Assembly (NCBI RefSeq): GCF_963921235.1
Contig: NC_086097.1
Span: forward strand, 198,836,001-198,900,000
Length of the DNA: 64,000 nt
Reading direction: 5' to 3'
Origin: Mobula hypostoma
Lineage: Eukaryota
Positions 24,550 to 38,044 of this stretch are shown in pieces. Position 1 is the stretch's first letter, and the number at the start of each line of letters is the position of its first letter. Both the position numbers and the translations under genes were made by a program. The notes below the pieces were generated by a model, which was not told the origin of the DNA, did not search any database, and saw only the letters and a list, made by a program, of their open reading frames with translations.

Positions 24550-27330
24550 TAGTCAGAGTACAACAGCACAGAAACAGGCCTTTAACCTATGCCAACATAG
24601 TCTTCTGCCTAGTGCCATCTACCTGAATTTGAACCATTGCTCTGCATACCTCTCTCAGAAATGTATCAATCCATACTTCTCTTAAATGTGGCAACTGAAC
24701 CCACATCTACCTCTTCTGCAGGTAGTTCATTCCATGCTTGCATCAACCCAAGTGAAGTTGTTTCCCCCATCGAGTCCTCAAATATTTCACCTTTCACACT
24801 AAACCTGCACCTTCTAGTTTTAGTATCATTTAACATGAGGGGGCAAAGCCCACATGCATTCACCCTACCTATATTCCTCAATTTTGTATGCCTCTAAGAT
24901 TTCCCCATGCTCCTGTGCTCTAGTGAATACATTTCTAACCTATTTAATCTTTCCCTGTAACTCTGGTCCTCCTGTCCTAGCAACATCCTAGTGTGTTTTC
25001 TTTGTACTCTTTCAACCATATATATGGAATTTAATGCAGACAAGTGTGATATTTTGCACTTCAGTAGGACCATCCAGGGAGGTCTTACACAGTGAACGGT
25101 AAGCACTGAGGAGTATGGTATAAGAAAGGGATCTGAGAACACAGGTCACTAAATCATTGAAAGTGGGGTCACAGGTAGATACGGTCATAAAGAAAGCTTT
25201 TAGCACATTGGTCTTCATAAATCAATGTAATGAGTACGGGAGATGGGACATTATGTTGTAGTTGGTGAGTCCTCATTTGGAGTATTGTGTGCATTTTTGG
25301 TCACCTACCTACAGGAAGGGCGTAAACAGGATTGAAAGAGGTAGAAATATTTACAAGAATATTGCCAGGTCTGGAGGTTAGGACTGTTCTTTAGAACATA
25401 GAAGATCGAGAAGAAATTTGATAGAGGTATACAAAATTATGAGGGGTAGAGATAGGGTAAATGAAACTAGGCTTTTATTCTAACAACCAGAAGTCATGGG
25501 GTAAGAGTGAAAGGTGAGAAGTTCAAGAAGAACATGAGGGGAAACTTTACTCAGAGGGTGGTGAGAATGGAATAAGCTGCCAGCACAAGTGGCACATGAG
25601 CTCGATTTCAACATTTAAGAGAAGTTTGAATAGGTACATTGGTAGTAGGGATATGGATGCTTTGGACCCAGTGCAGGTCGATGGGAGTAAGCAGTTTAAA
25701 TTGTTTTGGCATGGACTAGATGGGCTAAAGGGCCTGTTTCTGTGCTGTACTTCTCCTTGACTCTATATCTATCCTGTAGGTAGGTAACTGGAGCAGCACA
25801 CAATACTCCAAATTTGACCTCAATTTTCTATACAACTTCAACATAACATCCCAACTGCTATATTCAATACCTTAATTTATGAAAGCTAAACTGCTAAAAA
25901 TTCTTTGTATGGCCCTATCTACTTGTGATGCCGCTTTCAAGGAATTATGGATCTGTATCCCCAGATATCTTTGTTTTACCACTAACCTCAGTGCACTACC
26001 ATTCACTGTGCAAGCCTGGTTTGTCCTCCCAAAGTGAATCACCTTACACTTGTTTTTCAGCTCATTTTCCTAGCAGGTCCAGATCACACTGCGAGCTTTG
26101 ATCTTCTTCACCTGTTCACTACATTTCTAATGTTGATGTTTTCTGCTGATTTGGTTTACCACATTGTCATTGAGATCAGTAATATAAATAAACAACAATG
26201 GCCCCAGCACTGATTCCTCTGGCACACCAGTAGTCACAGATGTCCAGTCAGAGGGACAACCATTTACTCCCACTCTCTGACTTTCCCATTAAAGCTAAAG
26301 TTGAATCCAATTGACGTAATACTCAGGATCAGTCTCCTTTGTGGGACTTTGTAAAGGCTTTGCTAAAGTCCATGTAGACAATGTGCACTGCTTTTCCTTC
26401 AACCATCTTCTTGGTCAACTGGAAACAACATGCTTGTTCAGATGTGACCTGCCACGTACAAAGTCACATTGATTAACCCAAATTGGACCCCGTCTGTCCA
26501 AGTACCGACATATCCTATCTCTTAGAATACTTTCCAATAACTTACCCATTTCTGACATCAGGTTCACTAGCCATATAATTTTGTAGTTTATACTTTGAGC
26601 CTTTCATTAACAACAGAACATTAGTTATCCTCCAGCCACCTCATCTATGTCCAAGGACATTTTAAATATTTATCCACCTAGTTCACTTCCAAACAGCAAG
26701 TACCTTTTTCATAATCAGGATATGGTCGATGACCTCAGTACTCTTTTGCCTCAGTTCTATAGTTCGGTGTCTCCCAAGTACAGATACAAAAAAAAAAAAT
26801 CACTTAAAATCTCCTTATCTTTCAGCTTGATGCATAAATGACCACCCTGATCTTCAAGATCAATTGTCCCTTGTATCCTTTTGCTCTTAATATAGTTATA
26901 GAAGCCTTTGGGTTTCTTTCAGCGCGTCTGCTACAGCAATATTATGTTAACTTAGCCCTCCCAATTTCTCTCATGTTCTCTTGCATTTCTTATACTCCAG
27001 ATACCTTTGTTGATCCTAACTGCCACTTCCTGATATGACTCATTTTTCTTTGCCAGGGTCTCAATATCCCTCAGTAACCAAGGTTCCCTAAACCAGTTAG
27101 TCATGCCAATTATCCTAACAGGAACATGATGATTCTGAACTCCCAGTATTTCACTTTTGAGGCCTCCCAAATGCTAAGCACCTCTTTGCAGAAAACAATC
27201 CATCCCAATTCATGCCTGCTAGATCCCTTTTGATGTCATCAAAATCAGCCTAATTTAGGATCTTAAACCACGGACCAGTCCTATCCGCCACATAATTAGC
27301 TTGAGGCTATTGGAATTATGAACACCTAGT
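24550..27330 (-). mobile_element. Old CR1 (minus) with a CR1 3' fragment (plus, ~25020-25765) inserted
   Basis: Decayed RT/EN remnants on the minus strand. Orientation switches at ~25018 and ~25768, and the inner piece ends in a GACTCTAT-type tail. Confidence 0.75.
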
Positions 27331-27394
27331 AACGTTGAAACTAATGGAAAAATCATTAAAGGTTTACCAAGTTATTTTAAAGTAAGATTGCAAA

Positions 27395-30300
27395 AAAAAC
27401 AATGGAATGGGATTGCTGAATGCGTGGGTATCTCTTCTGTCATAATAATTCTTACTCTTCAAATAGGCTGTGATTAGTGAGAGATGATCCAAAATCTAAG
27501 GAGCAGAATGTTGAATCCATCTGGGTAGAGATTATGAATAATAAAAGGAAGATAGATCATTGGTGGGAGATATCGGTCACCGAATAAAAACATTACAGTG
27601 GCACAGGCAATAACCAGAGAAGTATCTGAGGCATGCAAGAATGGAACAGCAGTTATTGAGGGGGACTTTAGATTAGGTGAATCAAGTTGATCGAGGCAGA
27701 CCTGAGGAGGACTTCATTGAATGCATCCACAAAGGCTTTGTTGAACAGCATGTTATTGAACCTATAAGGGGATGTGCCATCTTAGATCTATCTGGTCCTG
27801 TTCACTGAAACAGGTAAATTTAGTTATCTTGTAGTTAGGGATCCTCTTGGAAAGAGTGATCACAGTACCACTGAGTTTCTCATACAAATGGACAGTACAA
27901 TAGTTCAATCAAAAACCAGTCTATTATGCCTAAACAATGGCATAAGGGAGGATTTGGTTAGTATAGATTGGGAACACAGGCTATATGGTGGGACAGTTGA
28001 TGAACAGTGGAAGACTTTTCAAAGAGATTTTGCAGGGTGCTCAAAGTTATATTCCAGTTAAAAGCAAGGACATAAGGGTAGGAAGACCCAGCCTTGGATA
28101 ACTAAAGAGAGGCATCAAACTAAAAGCTCATGCATACAAAGTCGCCAAGAGTAGTGGGGAAATAGAAACATAGAAAACCTGCAACACAATACAGACGCTT
28201 TGGCCCACAAAGCTGTGCCGAACATGTCCTTACCTTAGAAATTACCTAGGGTTACCCATAGCCCTCTGTTTTTTTAAGCTCCATGTACCTATCCAGGAGG
28301 CTCTTAAAAAACCCTATCATATCCGCCTCCACAACTGTCGCCAGCAGTCCATTCCATGTACTCACCACGCTCTGCGTAAAAAACTTATCCCTGACATCTT
28401 CTCTGTACCTATTTCCAAGCACCTTAAAACTGTGCACTCTTGTGCTAGCCATTTCAGCCCTGGGAAGAAGCCTCTATCCACACAATGCCTCTCATCATCT
28501 TATACACCTCTCATCCTCCATCACTCCAAGGAGAAAAGGCTGAGTTCACGCGACCTATTCTCATAAGGAATGCTCCCCAATCCAGGTATTATCCTTGTAA
28601 ATCTCTCTGCACCCTTTCTCTGGTTTCCACATCCTTCCTGCAGTGAAGCAACCCAGAAGATTGGAAAAGCTTTAAAAAGCAACAAATTACCACTCAGAGA
28701 GCAATAAAGAAAGGGAAGCTGGATTATGGAAATAAGCCAGCACAAAATACAAAAATGGATAGCAAAAGTTTTTATAATTACATAAAGCGGAAAAGAGTGG
28801 CTAAAGTGAATGTAGGTCCCTTGAAGGACAAGGAGAAATAAATATTGGATAACAAGAAAATGGCAGAGGCTATTGTGTTCACAGTGGAGTACACGACTAA
28901 CATGCCAGAGTGATGCTATGGATGTAATAGGAGGGGAGGACGTCGATACAATAGCTATTACTAAAGAAGTAGTGCTGAGCAAACTTGTGGGTCTGAAGAT
29001 AGACAACGTCCTTGGTCCTGATGGAATGCATCCCAGGGTACTGAAATGAACAACAGACTTCATAGTAGAGGCTTTAATGATAATTAACCAGAATTCTCTG
29101 GACTCCAAGCAGGTACTGGCAGATTGGAAGATGGCAAATGTCAAGCCACTGTTCAAAAAAGATTGTAGGCAAAAGGCAGGTAACTATAGGTCGGTTAGTT
29201 TAACATCTGTAGTTTGGAAAATGCTTGAAGCTATCATTAAAGAAGAAATAGTGAGGCATCTGAAAAGAAATGGATCCATCAGGCAAACATGACATGGATT
29301 CAGCAAAGGCAGGTCCTGTTTGACAAACTTACTGGAGTTCTTTAAGGATATAATGAGCATAGTGGATAGGAGAAAAGACTTATCTAAAGATAAGGATGCA
29401 TGGGGGTAATGTATTAGCATGGATAGAGGATTGGTCAACTAATAAAAATCAGAGTTAGGATACATGGGTGTTACTCTGGTTGGTTATCAGCGGTGAATGG
29501 TGTGCCGCAGGAGTCAGTGTTGGGCCCACAACTGTCCATGATATACATTAATGATCTGGAAGAGGGGACCAAATGTAGTGTATCCAAGTTTGCTGATGAT
29601 ACTAAATTGCGTGGAAAAGCAAATTTGCAGAAGATACAGATAGGTTCAGTGAGTGAGCAAGGGTCTGGCAGATGAAGTACAATGTTGGTAAATGTGAGGT
29701 CATCCACTTTGGAAGGAAAAATTATTTAAATAGTATAAAATTGCAGCATGCTGCTGTGCAGAGGGACTTGGGAGTGCTTGTGCATGAATCACAAAAGGTT
29801 GGTTTGCAGGCCATCAAGAAGGCCTATCACATCCATAACATCACTCTGGCATGTTGGCCTTCATTGCTAAAGGGAATAAATTTAAGAGAAGGGAGGTTAT
29901 GCTACAACTGTAGAGTACTGGTGAGGCCACACCTGGAGTACTGCATGCAGTTCTGGTCTCCTTCCTAGAGGAAGGATATACTGGCTTTGGAGGCAGTTCA
30001 CCAGGTTGATTCCAGATGTGAGGGGGTTAGACAATGAAGATTGAGTCACCTGGGACTGTACTTGCTGGAATTCAGAAGAATGATAAGAGATCTTATACAC
30101 ACATATAAAATTATGAAAGGGATAGAGCAGGAAAGTTGTTTCCACTGGTAGGTGAGACTAGAAATAGGGGACACAGCCTCAAGATACACAGGAATAGATT
30201 TAGCACGGAGATGAGCAGGAACTGCTTTTCCCAGAGAGTGGTGAATCTGTGATTCTCTGCCTAACTAAGCAGTGGAGGCTACCTCAGGAAATATATTTAG

Positions 30301-30465
30301 GACAATGGTGGATAGATTTTTGCATAGTAGGGGAATTAAAGGTTATGGGGAAAAGACAGGTGGGTGGAGATGAGTCCATAGCCAGATTAGCCATGATCTT
30401 ATTGAATGGTGGAGTAGGCTCAATGGGCCGGATGGCCTACTTCTGCTCCTTTACTTATGTTCTGA
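27395..30465 (+). mobile_element. Decayed CR1 (EN to 3' end) interrupted at ~28163-28650 by a minus-strand CR1 3' fragment
   Basis: EN remnants (GDF, GKSDH) and RT remnants (NYRSVSLTS, GVPQESVLGP, KFADD). The inner fragment has a TAGAAACATAGAAA tail like 15653. Confidence 0.85.
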
Positions 30466-30664
30466 TTAATTTAAAAAATATTACAGATCCTGTTAAAGAA
30501 CATTGGATGTGGAAAAAAAATGTATCACTTGAGAAAAAAAAATCAAAAACGAAGAGGTCTTTAGTATAGTTACAAATAAATCTAATATGGAAAACAGAAC
30601 AATGTCTTTCCTTGAGGAGGAACCTTCAGTTTTAACAGTGGCTTAGGTTCAAAACATGAGCTGT

Positions 30665-30860
30665 AGCAACTCTCACAACATGCTGGAGGAACTCAGCAGG
30701 TCGGGCAGCATCCGTGGAAAAGAACAGTCAATGTCCTTCGAGCCGGAACCTTTCATCAGGACTGAAGAGGGAAGGGGCAGAGGCCTTCAGGGTTCTGAGT
30801 TCCTCCAGCATGCTGTGAGTGTTGCTTTGACCCCAGCATCTGCAGAGTATTTGTGTTTAG
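30665..30860. mobile_element. Short fold-back Penelope-end derivative
   Basis: 32-bp inverted arms at 30665-30696 and 30795-30826 (2 mismatches) enclose a minus-strand CAGTC-CTGATGA motif. Confidence 0.7.
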
Positions 30861-31911
30861 CTGTAGTAACTGCTGGCCAAAACTTCTGAAAGCACAAAAC
30901 CTTAAGTGTGAGGAATGATTTTGTTTAAAGTTACTTATGGCACTGAAGAAATAGTGCAGAATTAATTTATGGAGTATCCCAGCAGTGAGAGGCTAGAGTT
31001 GCTGTAGAAGATGGGGAGTTTTAAGATTTGAGAATTGAATGCCAAGGTTTGCCAGTGTGTGGAATCTTCAAAATATACATTTGTGTGCGAGGACATTAGC
31101 AGTGAGCTGCATAGGAAGCAATACACAAGACAGTAATGTGAATGCGGACACCTACCTGGTCTCCTTGGAACTTTCCAGCACTGATTGTACACCATTTAAT
31201 GCCAAATAGAACCTTCAAGGCAAGGCTTACTTCACTGTTCAAGGTCACATTAACAGCACTTGTTAACCACAAACCTGCACAGTCTGACATGACGGCATCA
31301 GTCCAGCATCCTTCTCAACAGTAGTGCAGATTACAGGTACAGAAGGGCCAACAAAAATTAACCCATGGTGTTCTTATCAAATCTACAGATGATTTTTCAA
31401 GCACAATAGTTTGATTACCCATAGCTAGATGCCTTCAAAAGATTAAATCTAGGTGAATAAAAAGAAAGTCATACCTTTGAAGAGGTAGAATGGAAGACAA
31501 CTTGAGGGGCTAGGATACCTGCACAAACTAGCTGGGCTAATTAATTATTTTTGTGATGTATAATTAATACTTTGTCAAAGGGAGCAGACCATTTCAACAT
31601 AAGAAATGGTAATTTTCCCCTAAGGGAGAAGATTGAGTTAAATCTATATTTCCACTTTCATACATATTTTGTACTGTTTTAATACTGATATGGCAAATGT
31701 TAATAACTTAAGTTCACATGGAAGGATGACCAGCTTATTGGCTATGTGCCAGCATTCCGAAATGCATCACTCATTACTGTAGAAAAAACTAATGATGCTT
31801 CCAATATCAAGTAGGCCCCTGAAAAAGCTGAAATTCATTACAGGAGTTACTTGTATATTCCTTGCATTAACTTATGCACTTTCTTGAAAACCAAATAATT
31901 AAGTCAAACAT

Positions 31912-31917
31912 TTTATT
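31912..31917 (-). terminator. Candidate RNF139 poly(A) signal
   Basis: AATAAA on the minus strand about 325 nt after the stop codon, in an AT-rich 3' UTR. Confidence 0.55.
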
Positions 31918-32242
31918 TCATTTACAGTATACACAAATTTATGGTACACAAGAGGCCAGCAGTTTTTAAAGTAAACCATACAGCAGGTCATAATAAATAA
32001 GTTGGCTGAAACCATTACTTGCCATAACCAGAGTCTTTTCAAACCTGTTGTGCTTTGTCCATTCAGCACTCCAGTGATAAGTGGAATGTAATTTTTCACT
32101 TCCTAAACCCTTCTGATCACTGGTTTGTTGGGACTTTGAACAATCGCTTAAGCAAAAAAAGTCACTTTCTTTCCTGATGTTTGGTTGGCAGTTTTTTTTA
32201 AATATACATATAAATGTTTAAATACCTGTACAATCAGAAGCC

Positions 32243-34071
32243 TCACTCATCACTTGCATCTGTATCATCATCAAGATACTCATCCACCACCCCTACATTG
32301 GCATTCTGAGTTGCCCACTCCTCTTCATCATACTCGATGCTGTCATTGTCTTCATTGAGATCACTGTCAGCATCAACAGCAGCAGCTGCCACCACTAGGT
32401 GTTCCACCATTTGTTGTGGAACATTTCCATTATTATTGACAAATGCAATGCTATCACTTTGATTCTCCTCTATGTACACTCCTTGATGGCACATGGGACA
32501 CGTATCCTGAATGTACAACCACTTGCGCAGGCAAAGCGCATGGAAATAATGATTGCAAGGTGTGATACGCGCTGAAGTGGTGAACTCCTGGTAGCAAATT
32601 GCACACACATCACCAATGTCATGCAAACTACTGCCTCTTACTTCTGGCAAAGAATTAATTTTCTTAACAGCAGTCCTCCGATTTATAAATGTTTTCCATC
32701 CATTCTTAGCTTGCAAATAAATGTTAAAGTAAGCATGTAAGCACATCATACAGGCACGAATTTTACTCCCAGATTCAAACATCATTGTGTAAGCTCCATT
32801 TCCAAACATTATAACTCCGAAAATGAATTCTATAACATTCCCCGTTGAACGAACATAGTAAATGTAATCATCTAGTTTTTCCCATAGCACATTGTAATAT
32901 CCATCAATTATAAACAATGTATACACAGTGAGGGAAACAATTACTTTTAAGCACAATTCAACACAGAATGCTGTCACAGCAAACAACCAAGTATTCAATG
33001 TGTGGACCTGCCACAAGGTGCAGCTTAGTATAATTGGAAGAATGAAAAGGCTAATGGAGACCAAAAGAACAGGCAAGTGTCTTCTGAAGGAGGAAACATG
33101 GGAGGCACTAAGTGACATCAGCACAGGATCTGTCATTCCATGAATGAAATGCAGGATTGCAGTCAATAGAAGGCACATGTTTCGACTAAGGCGAACTAGT
33201 CTTTCTTCAGGTTCCAGTCCACTCAAACCTGTCTGTAGTGCCAAAATGAAAAATAGAACTGGAGCCACAAACCCCAATCGTTTATCTTCTTCCTCAGTAG
33301 ACCCAATGAAAGCTAGGATTCCAAGTCCCAGATAGTGTGCTAATGATGAGATGACTGCACTCATACCAAGAACAGTCAATGTCGAATCACAACCACTTAT
33401 TATTAGATTGCACAGCACTTCCCAACTGTCACTCCAGGAAATAAAATAACTTCTGTTTCCTGACTCACCTTGTGTTACTTTAACAACATAAACTAAAATG
33501 ATGGCCTGTGCCATTAGCCGAGTCAACCAAAAAACTCTCAATACATCAGGGAATCGAATCCTCTTCCATGTGTCCTCCACAATAACTTGTAATCCATAGA
33601 TACGATACATATGCCGTACCAGCAAATAAACATATCTTACTGTATAATAAAACCATTTTATATTAATTACAATGTAAAGTACAGTCTGTGCTGTTATATA
33701 CATGCCTGAAAAGGCAACTAACAGATTCTGAAAGTCTTCTGGTAACTCCAAGGCCAGACCCAGTATAGGCAGTAGGAAATTTACCATAGTTAATGCAGAA
33801 AACATTGATGGAATGCAGAGTAACGCTGCATATCCAACACCAAATGTGAGCTGAACAGCAATAAGAGCCAACCACAATGTTGGACCATTGCGCGGCAACA
33901 GATGCATCCCAAACACTGCTGAGTAGTATGCGTTGTAGAAGTCTATGTGGCGAGTGGTGTAGTAGTTTACAAGGACAGAAGTTGTAGCAAGTAGAATAAC
34001 ACAGCCAAACATGTACAGTCTGAAGAGGGCTCTTTGGGATAAGATGAGAACAACACATGATGCGAGAAGAC
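32243..34071 (-). CDS. RNF139: E3 ubiquitin ligase RNF139/TRC8, coding exon 2
   Basis: Multi-pass TRC8 N-terminal domain (KWFYY..MYRIYGLQ..EDTWKRIRFPD), RING-H2 CAIC..CNHYFHALC..CPMC and an acidic tail. The acceptor TGTCTTTCAG ends at 34072, and the phase-1 junction gives RLL-G-LLASCVVLILSQR. Confidence 0.98.
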
Positions 34072-34299
34072 CTGAAAGACATTGAAAAACATTATTAACA
34101 TAAATGGCTAAAATTTTAAATACAATTTCAAAACATTCACATGTAATCACTTATTTGATATACCCTTCACATTTGCAGCAGAAAAAACTAACAACAATGC
34201 TTCATCCAAACTATCTCTTTTTATTATCATTCAGTTACTTACCTGTTTAATCTTAAATGACAAACTTAATCAAGAAAAAGTATGTAAAGCTGAGGGACC

Positions 34300-35760
34300 T
34301 ATAATCAAAGATTATAAAAGAAGCCAGAAAGGAACTTGAAGGGTATTAGGAAAGGTGGGCAGGGCCAAGAAAATTCCTTGGCAAATAGAATCGAGGAGAA
34401 TCTCAAGTCATCCTATATGTACATCAACAGCAAGAGGATAACTAAGGAGAGAGTAGGACCACTCGAAGATACATTAGTTTGGACGTTGAGGATGTGGACA
34501 AGAACCTTAATTTGTAGTTTACATCAGTACAGTCGGCCCTCCTTATCTGCGAGTTCCGCACATGCAAATTCAACCAACTGAGAATCGGGTAAACCCAGAA
34601 GTTCTCTCTCCAGCACTCGTTCCAGCATTGTTCGCCTCGCGTCTTGTTCATTCGCTACTTTGTTTCTATAAAAAAATGGCTCCTAAAAAGCAATTACGTT
34701 GTCAAAGCAATTCCTCAAAGGCTAAGAGGGAGCATAAAATGCTAAGTCTCACCGAGATATTAGAAATATTAGATCTTTTGAAAAGTGGCATGTTGCATTC
34801 CGAAGTGGGCCATAAGATCAATAAGAATGAATCGAGCATTTGCACAATAAAGCAGAAAGAAGCTGAAATTCGTGGAAGTGTTGGTGCTAGGGATGGATGG
34901 CTATGTAAAGCGCTACAGCCTCAAGAATTTAAAGACACGGAAGAATCGGGATTAGCTGATGCCGAGGTGGCATTAGCGTTCCCCAGAAGAGCTACGATGG
35001 TTGTGTCTGTACTGAACATGTACAGACTTTTTCTTCTTGTCATTATTCCCTAAACAATACAGTATAACAACTATTTACATACCATTTACATTGTATTAGG
35101 TATTATAAGTCAGCGGAACAGAAACACTGCTGGCGGCGGGTCCTGTGCTGCTCTGGGTCCTAAAGTCCACCGGCACTGAGACAGGTTAAATAAGGGACTT
35201 GAGCATCCGGGGGGGGGGGGGGGGTCTCGGAACCAATCATGGATAAGGAGGGCTGACTGCATTTATCAACAACAACGTGAAGGATATATAAAAATAACCT
35301 GGATGAAACTGTATACGGGCGGGTTAGTAAGTTTGTAGAATCTGAAGCTGCAGAGGCGGAGGTGAGATCTGAAAGAGGTTTTAAAGAAGATTATGAGAGA
35401 CATAGACAGAGTAGACAAACAGCAAGTCTTCCCCATGGTTTAAATATCTAATACCAGAGATTATGCGTTTAAGGTGACAAAGGAGATGGGAGGTGAAGTT
35501 TTAAAAAAAATTTTTTATATATAGAGTGGTAGATACCTGGGGAAATGCACTGCCTGGAGTGTGATACATTAGAGACAACCAGATACATCAGAGACTTTTA
35601 AGAAACACTTAGATAGGCACATTAATGTGAGGAATATGGAAAGATATGGACATTGTGTAGGCAGAGGGGATTAGCTCAGTTGGTCACATGATTACTAATT
35701 TAATTGGTTTGCTATAACATTGTGGGATGAAGGGCTTGCTCCCATGCTCGATGTTCTAAT
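34300..35760 (+). mobile_element. Fragmented old CR1 hosting a Tigger insertion
   Basis: LANRIEEN.KS.Y.YINSKRITKERVGPLED remnant before 34528 and CR1 3'-end sequence after 35260. Confidence 0.6.
34530..35259 (+). mobile_element. Internally deleted Tigger/pogo element (Tigger3/MER2-like)
   Basis: TIRs CAGTCGGCCCTCCTTATC / GATAAGGAGGGCTGACTG with TA on the left. CENP-B-type HTH start MAPKKQ..KMLSLTEILEILDLLKSG..EVG..NKNESSI.TI. Confidence 0.88.
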
Positions 35761-35852
35761 ACAGTTGCTTCAGTTATTCCATAAAATAATGGCATGCGCT
35801 TTTGAACTATATTTTAGGGAAAAATTTCTCACAAATTCCTAATTGACTTTAC

Positions 35853-37890
35853 AGATCAAACGCCAGGAGAACTACCGATCCAACATCTGCACTATCTGCA
35901 CATACAAATTAGCCAGAAAAAGCAGCACACCTGAGGACTGGGAGAAATTCAGAGTCCAGCAGAGGAGGACAAAGGGCTTAATTAGGAAAGGGGAAAAAAG
36001 ATTATGAGAGAAAACTGGCAGGGAACATAAAAACTGACTGTAAAAGCTTTTTATAGATATGTGAAAAGAAAAAGATTGGTTAAGACATTGGTTAGGTCCC
36101 TTACAGTCAGAAACAGGTGAATTGATCATGGGGAACAAGGACATGGCAGACTAACTGAATAACTACTTTGGTTCTGTCTTCACTAAAGAGGACATAAATA
36201 ATCTTCTGGAAATAGTAGGGGACCGCGGGTCTAGTGTGATAGAGGAATTGAGGGAAATACATGTTAGTAGGGAAGTGGTGTTAGGTAAATTGAAGGGATT
36301 AAAGGCAGATAAATCCCCAGGGCCAGATGGTCTGCATGGCAGAGTGCTTAAGGAAGTAGCCCAAGAAATAGTGGATGCATTAGTGATAATTTTTCAAAAC
36401 TCTTTAGATTCTGGACTAGTTCCTGAGGATTGGAGGGTGGCTAATATAACCCCACTTTTTAAAAAAGGAGGGAGAAAGAAACCAGGGAATTATAGACCAG
36501 TCAGCCTGACATCGGTGGTGTGGGAAAATGCTAGAGTCAGTTACCAAAGATGTGATAACAGCACATTTGGAAAGCGGTGAAATCATCAGACAAAGTCAGC
36601 ATGGATTTGTGAACGGAAAATCACGTCTGACGAATCTCACAGAATTTTTTGAGGATGTAACTAGTAGAGTGGATAGGGGAGAACCAGTGGATGTGGTATA
36701 TTTGGATTTTTAAAAGGCTTTTGACAAGGTCTCACACAGGAGATTAATGTGCAAACTTAAAGCACATGGTATTGGGGTTATGGTATTGATGTGGATAGAG
36801 AATTGGTTGGCAGACAGGAAGCAAAGAGTGGGAATAAATGGGACCTTTTCAGAATGGCAGGCAGTGACTAGTGGGGTACCACAAGGCTCAGTGCTGGGAC
36901 CCCAGATGTTTACAATATATATTAATGACTTAGACGAGGGAATTAAATGCAGCATCTCCAAGTTTACGGATGACACGAAGCTGGGTGGAAGTGTTAGCTG
37001 TGAGGAGTATGCTAAGAGGATGCAGGGTGATTTGGATAGGTTAGGTGAGTGGGCAAATTCATGGCAGATGCAATTTAATGTGGATAAATGTGAGCTTATC
37101 CACTTTGGTGGTAAGAACAGGAAAACAGATTATTATCTGAATGGTGGCCGATTAAGAAAAGGGGAGGTGCAACGAGACCTGGGTGTCATTGTTCACCAGT
37201 CATTGAAAGTGAGCATGCAGGTACAGCAGGCGGTGAAAAAGGCGAATGGTATGCTGGCATTCATAGCAAGAGGATTCGAGTACAGGAGCAGGGAGGTTCT
37301 ACTGTAGTTTTACAAGGCCTTGGTGAGACCACACCTGGAGTATTGTGTGCAGTTTTGGTCCCCTAGTCTGAGGAAAGACATTCTTGCCATAGAGGGAGTA
37401 CAAAGAAGGTTCACCAGATTGATTCCTGGGATGGCAGGACTTTCATATGAAGAAAGACTGGATCAACTAGGCTTATACTCTCTGGAATTCAGAAGATTAA
37501 GGGGGGATCTTATTGAAACGTATAAAATTCTAAAGGGATTGGACAGGCTAGATGCAGGAAGATTGTTCCCGATGTTGGGGAAGTCCAGAACGAGGGGTCA
37601 CAGTTTAAGGATAAAGGAGAAGCCTTTTAGGACCGAGATGATGAAAAACTTCTTCGCACAGAGAGTGGTGAATCTGTGGAATTCTCTGCCACAGGAAACA
37701 GTTGAGGCCAGTTCATTGGCTATATTTAAGAGGGAGTTAGATATGGCCTTTGTGGCTAAAGGGATCAGGGGGTATGGAGAGAAGGCAGGTACAGGGTTCT
37801 GAGTTGGATGATCAGCAATGATCATACTGAATGGTGGTGCAGGCTCGAAGGGCTGAATGGCCTACTCCTGCACCTATTTTCTATGTTTCT
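35853..37890 (+). mobile_element. CR1 LINE, 5'-truncated, same subfamily as 6851-9422
   Basis: Near-identical RT peptides with a few stops and frameshifts. TTCTATGTTTCT tail. Confidence 0.95.
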
Positions 37891-38044
37891 AATATTCTTA
37901 TACCATAAAGACCATTACATGGCCATCTGTCGACCTAGGGAACAGCCTGTGCATATTTATTTCAGAACTATCCACCCCCAAAAGTGAACCTCAATGTTTC
38001 ATGGCCTGATTAAAGTGTCAGAAATCCAGCCAGCCTCCAACTCC

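Noticed and set aside
34072..34150. N-terminal MITCECF.. extension of the 635-aa ORF
   Set aside because: It is intronic read-through upstream of the splice acceptor. The real N-terminus is exon 1 at 63006-62844.
35209..35224. Poly-G run as a G-quadruplex element
   Set aside because: It is a homopolymer inside a Tigger end, with uncertain length and no evidence of function.
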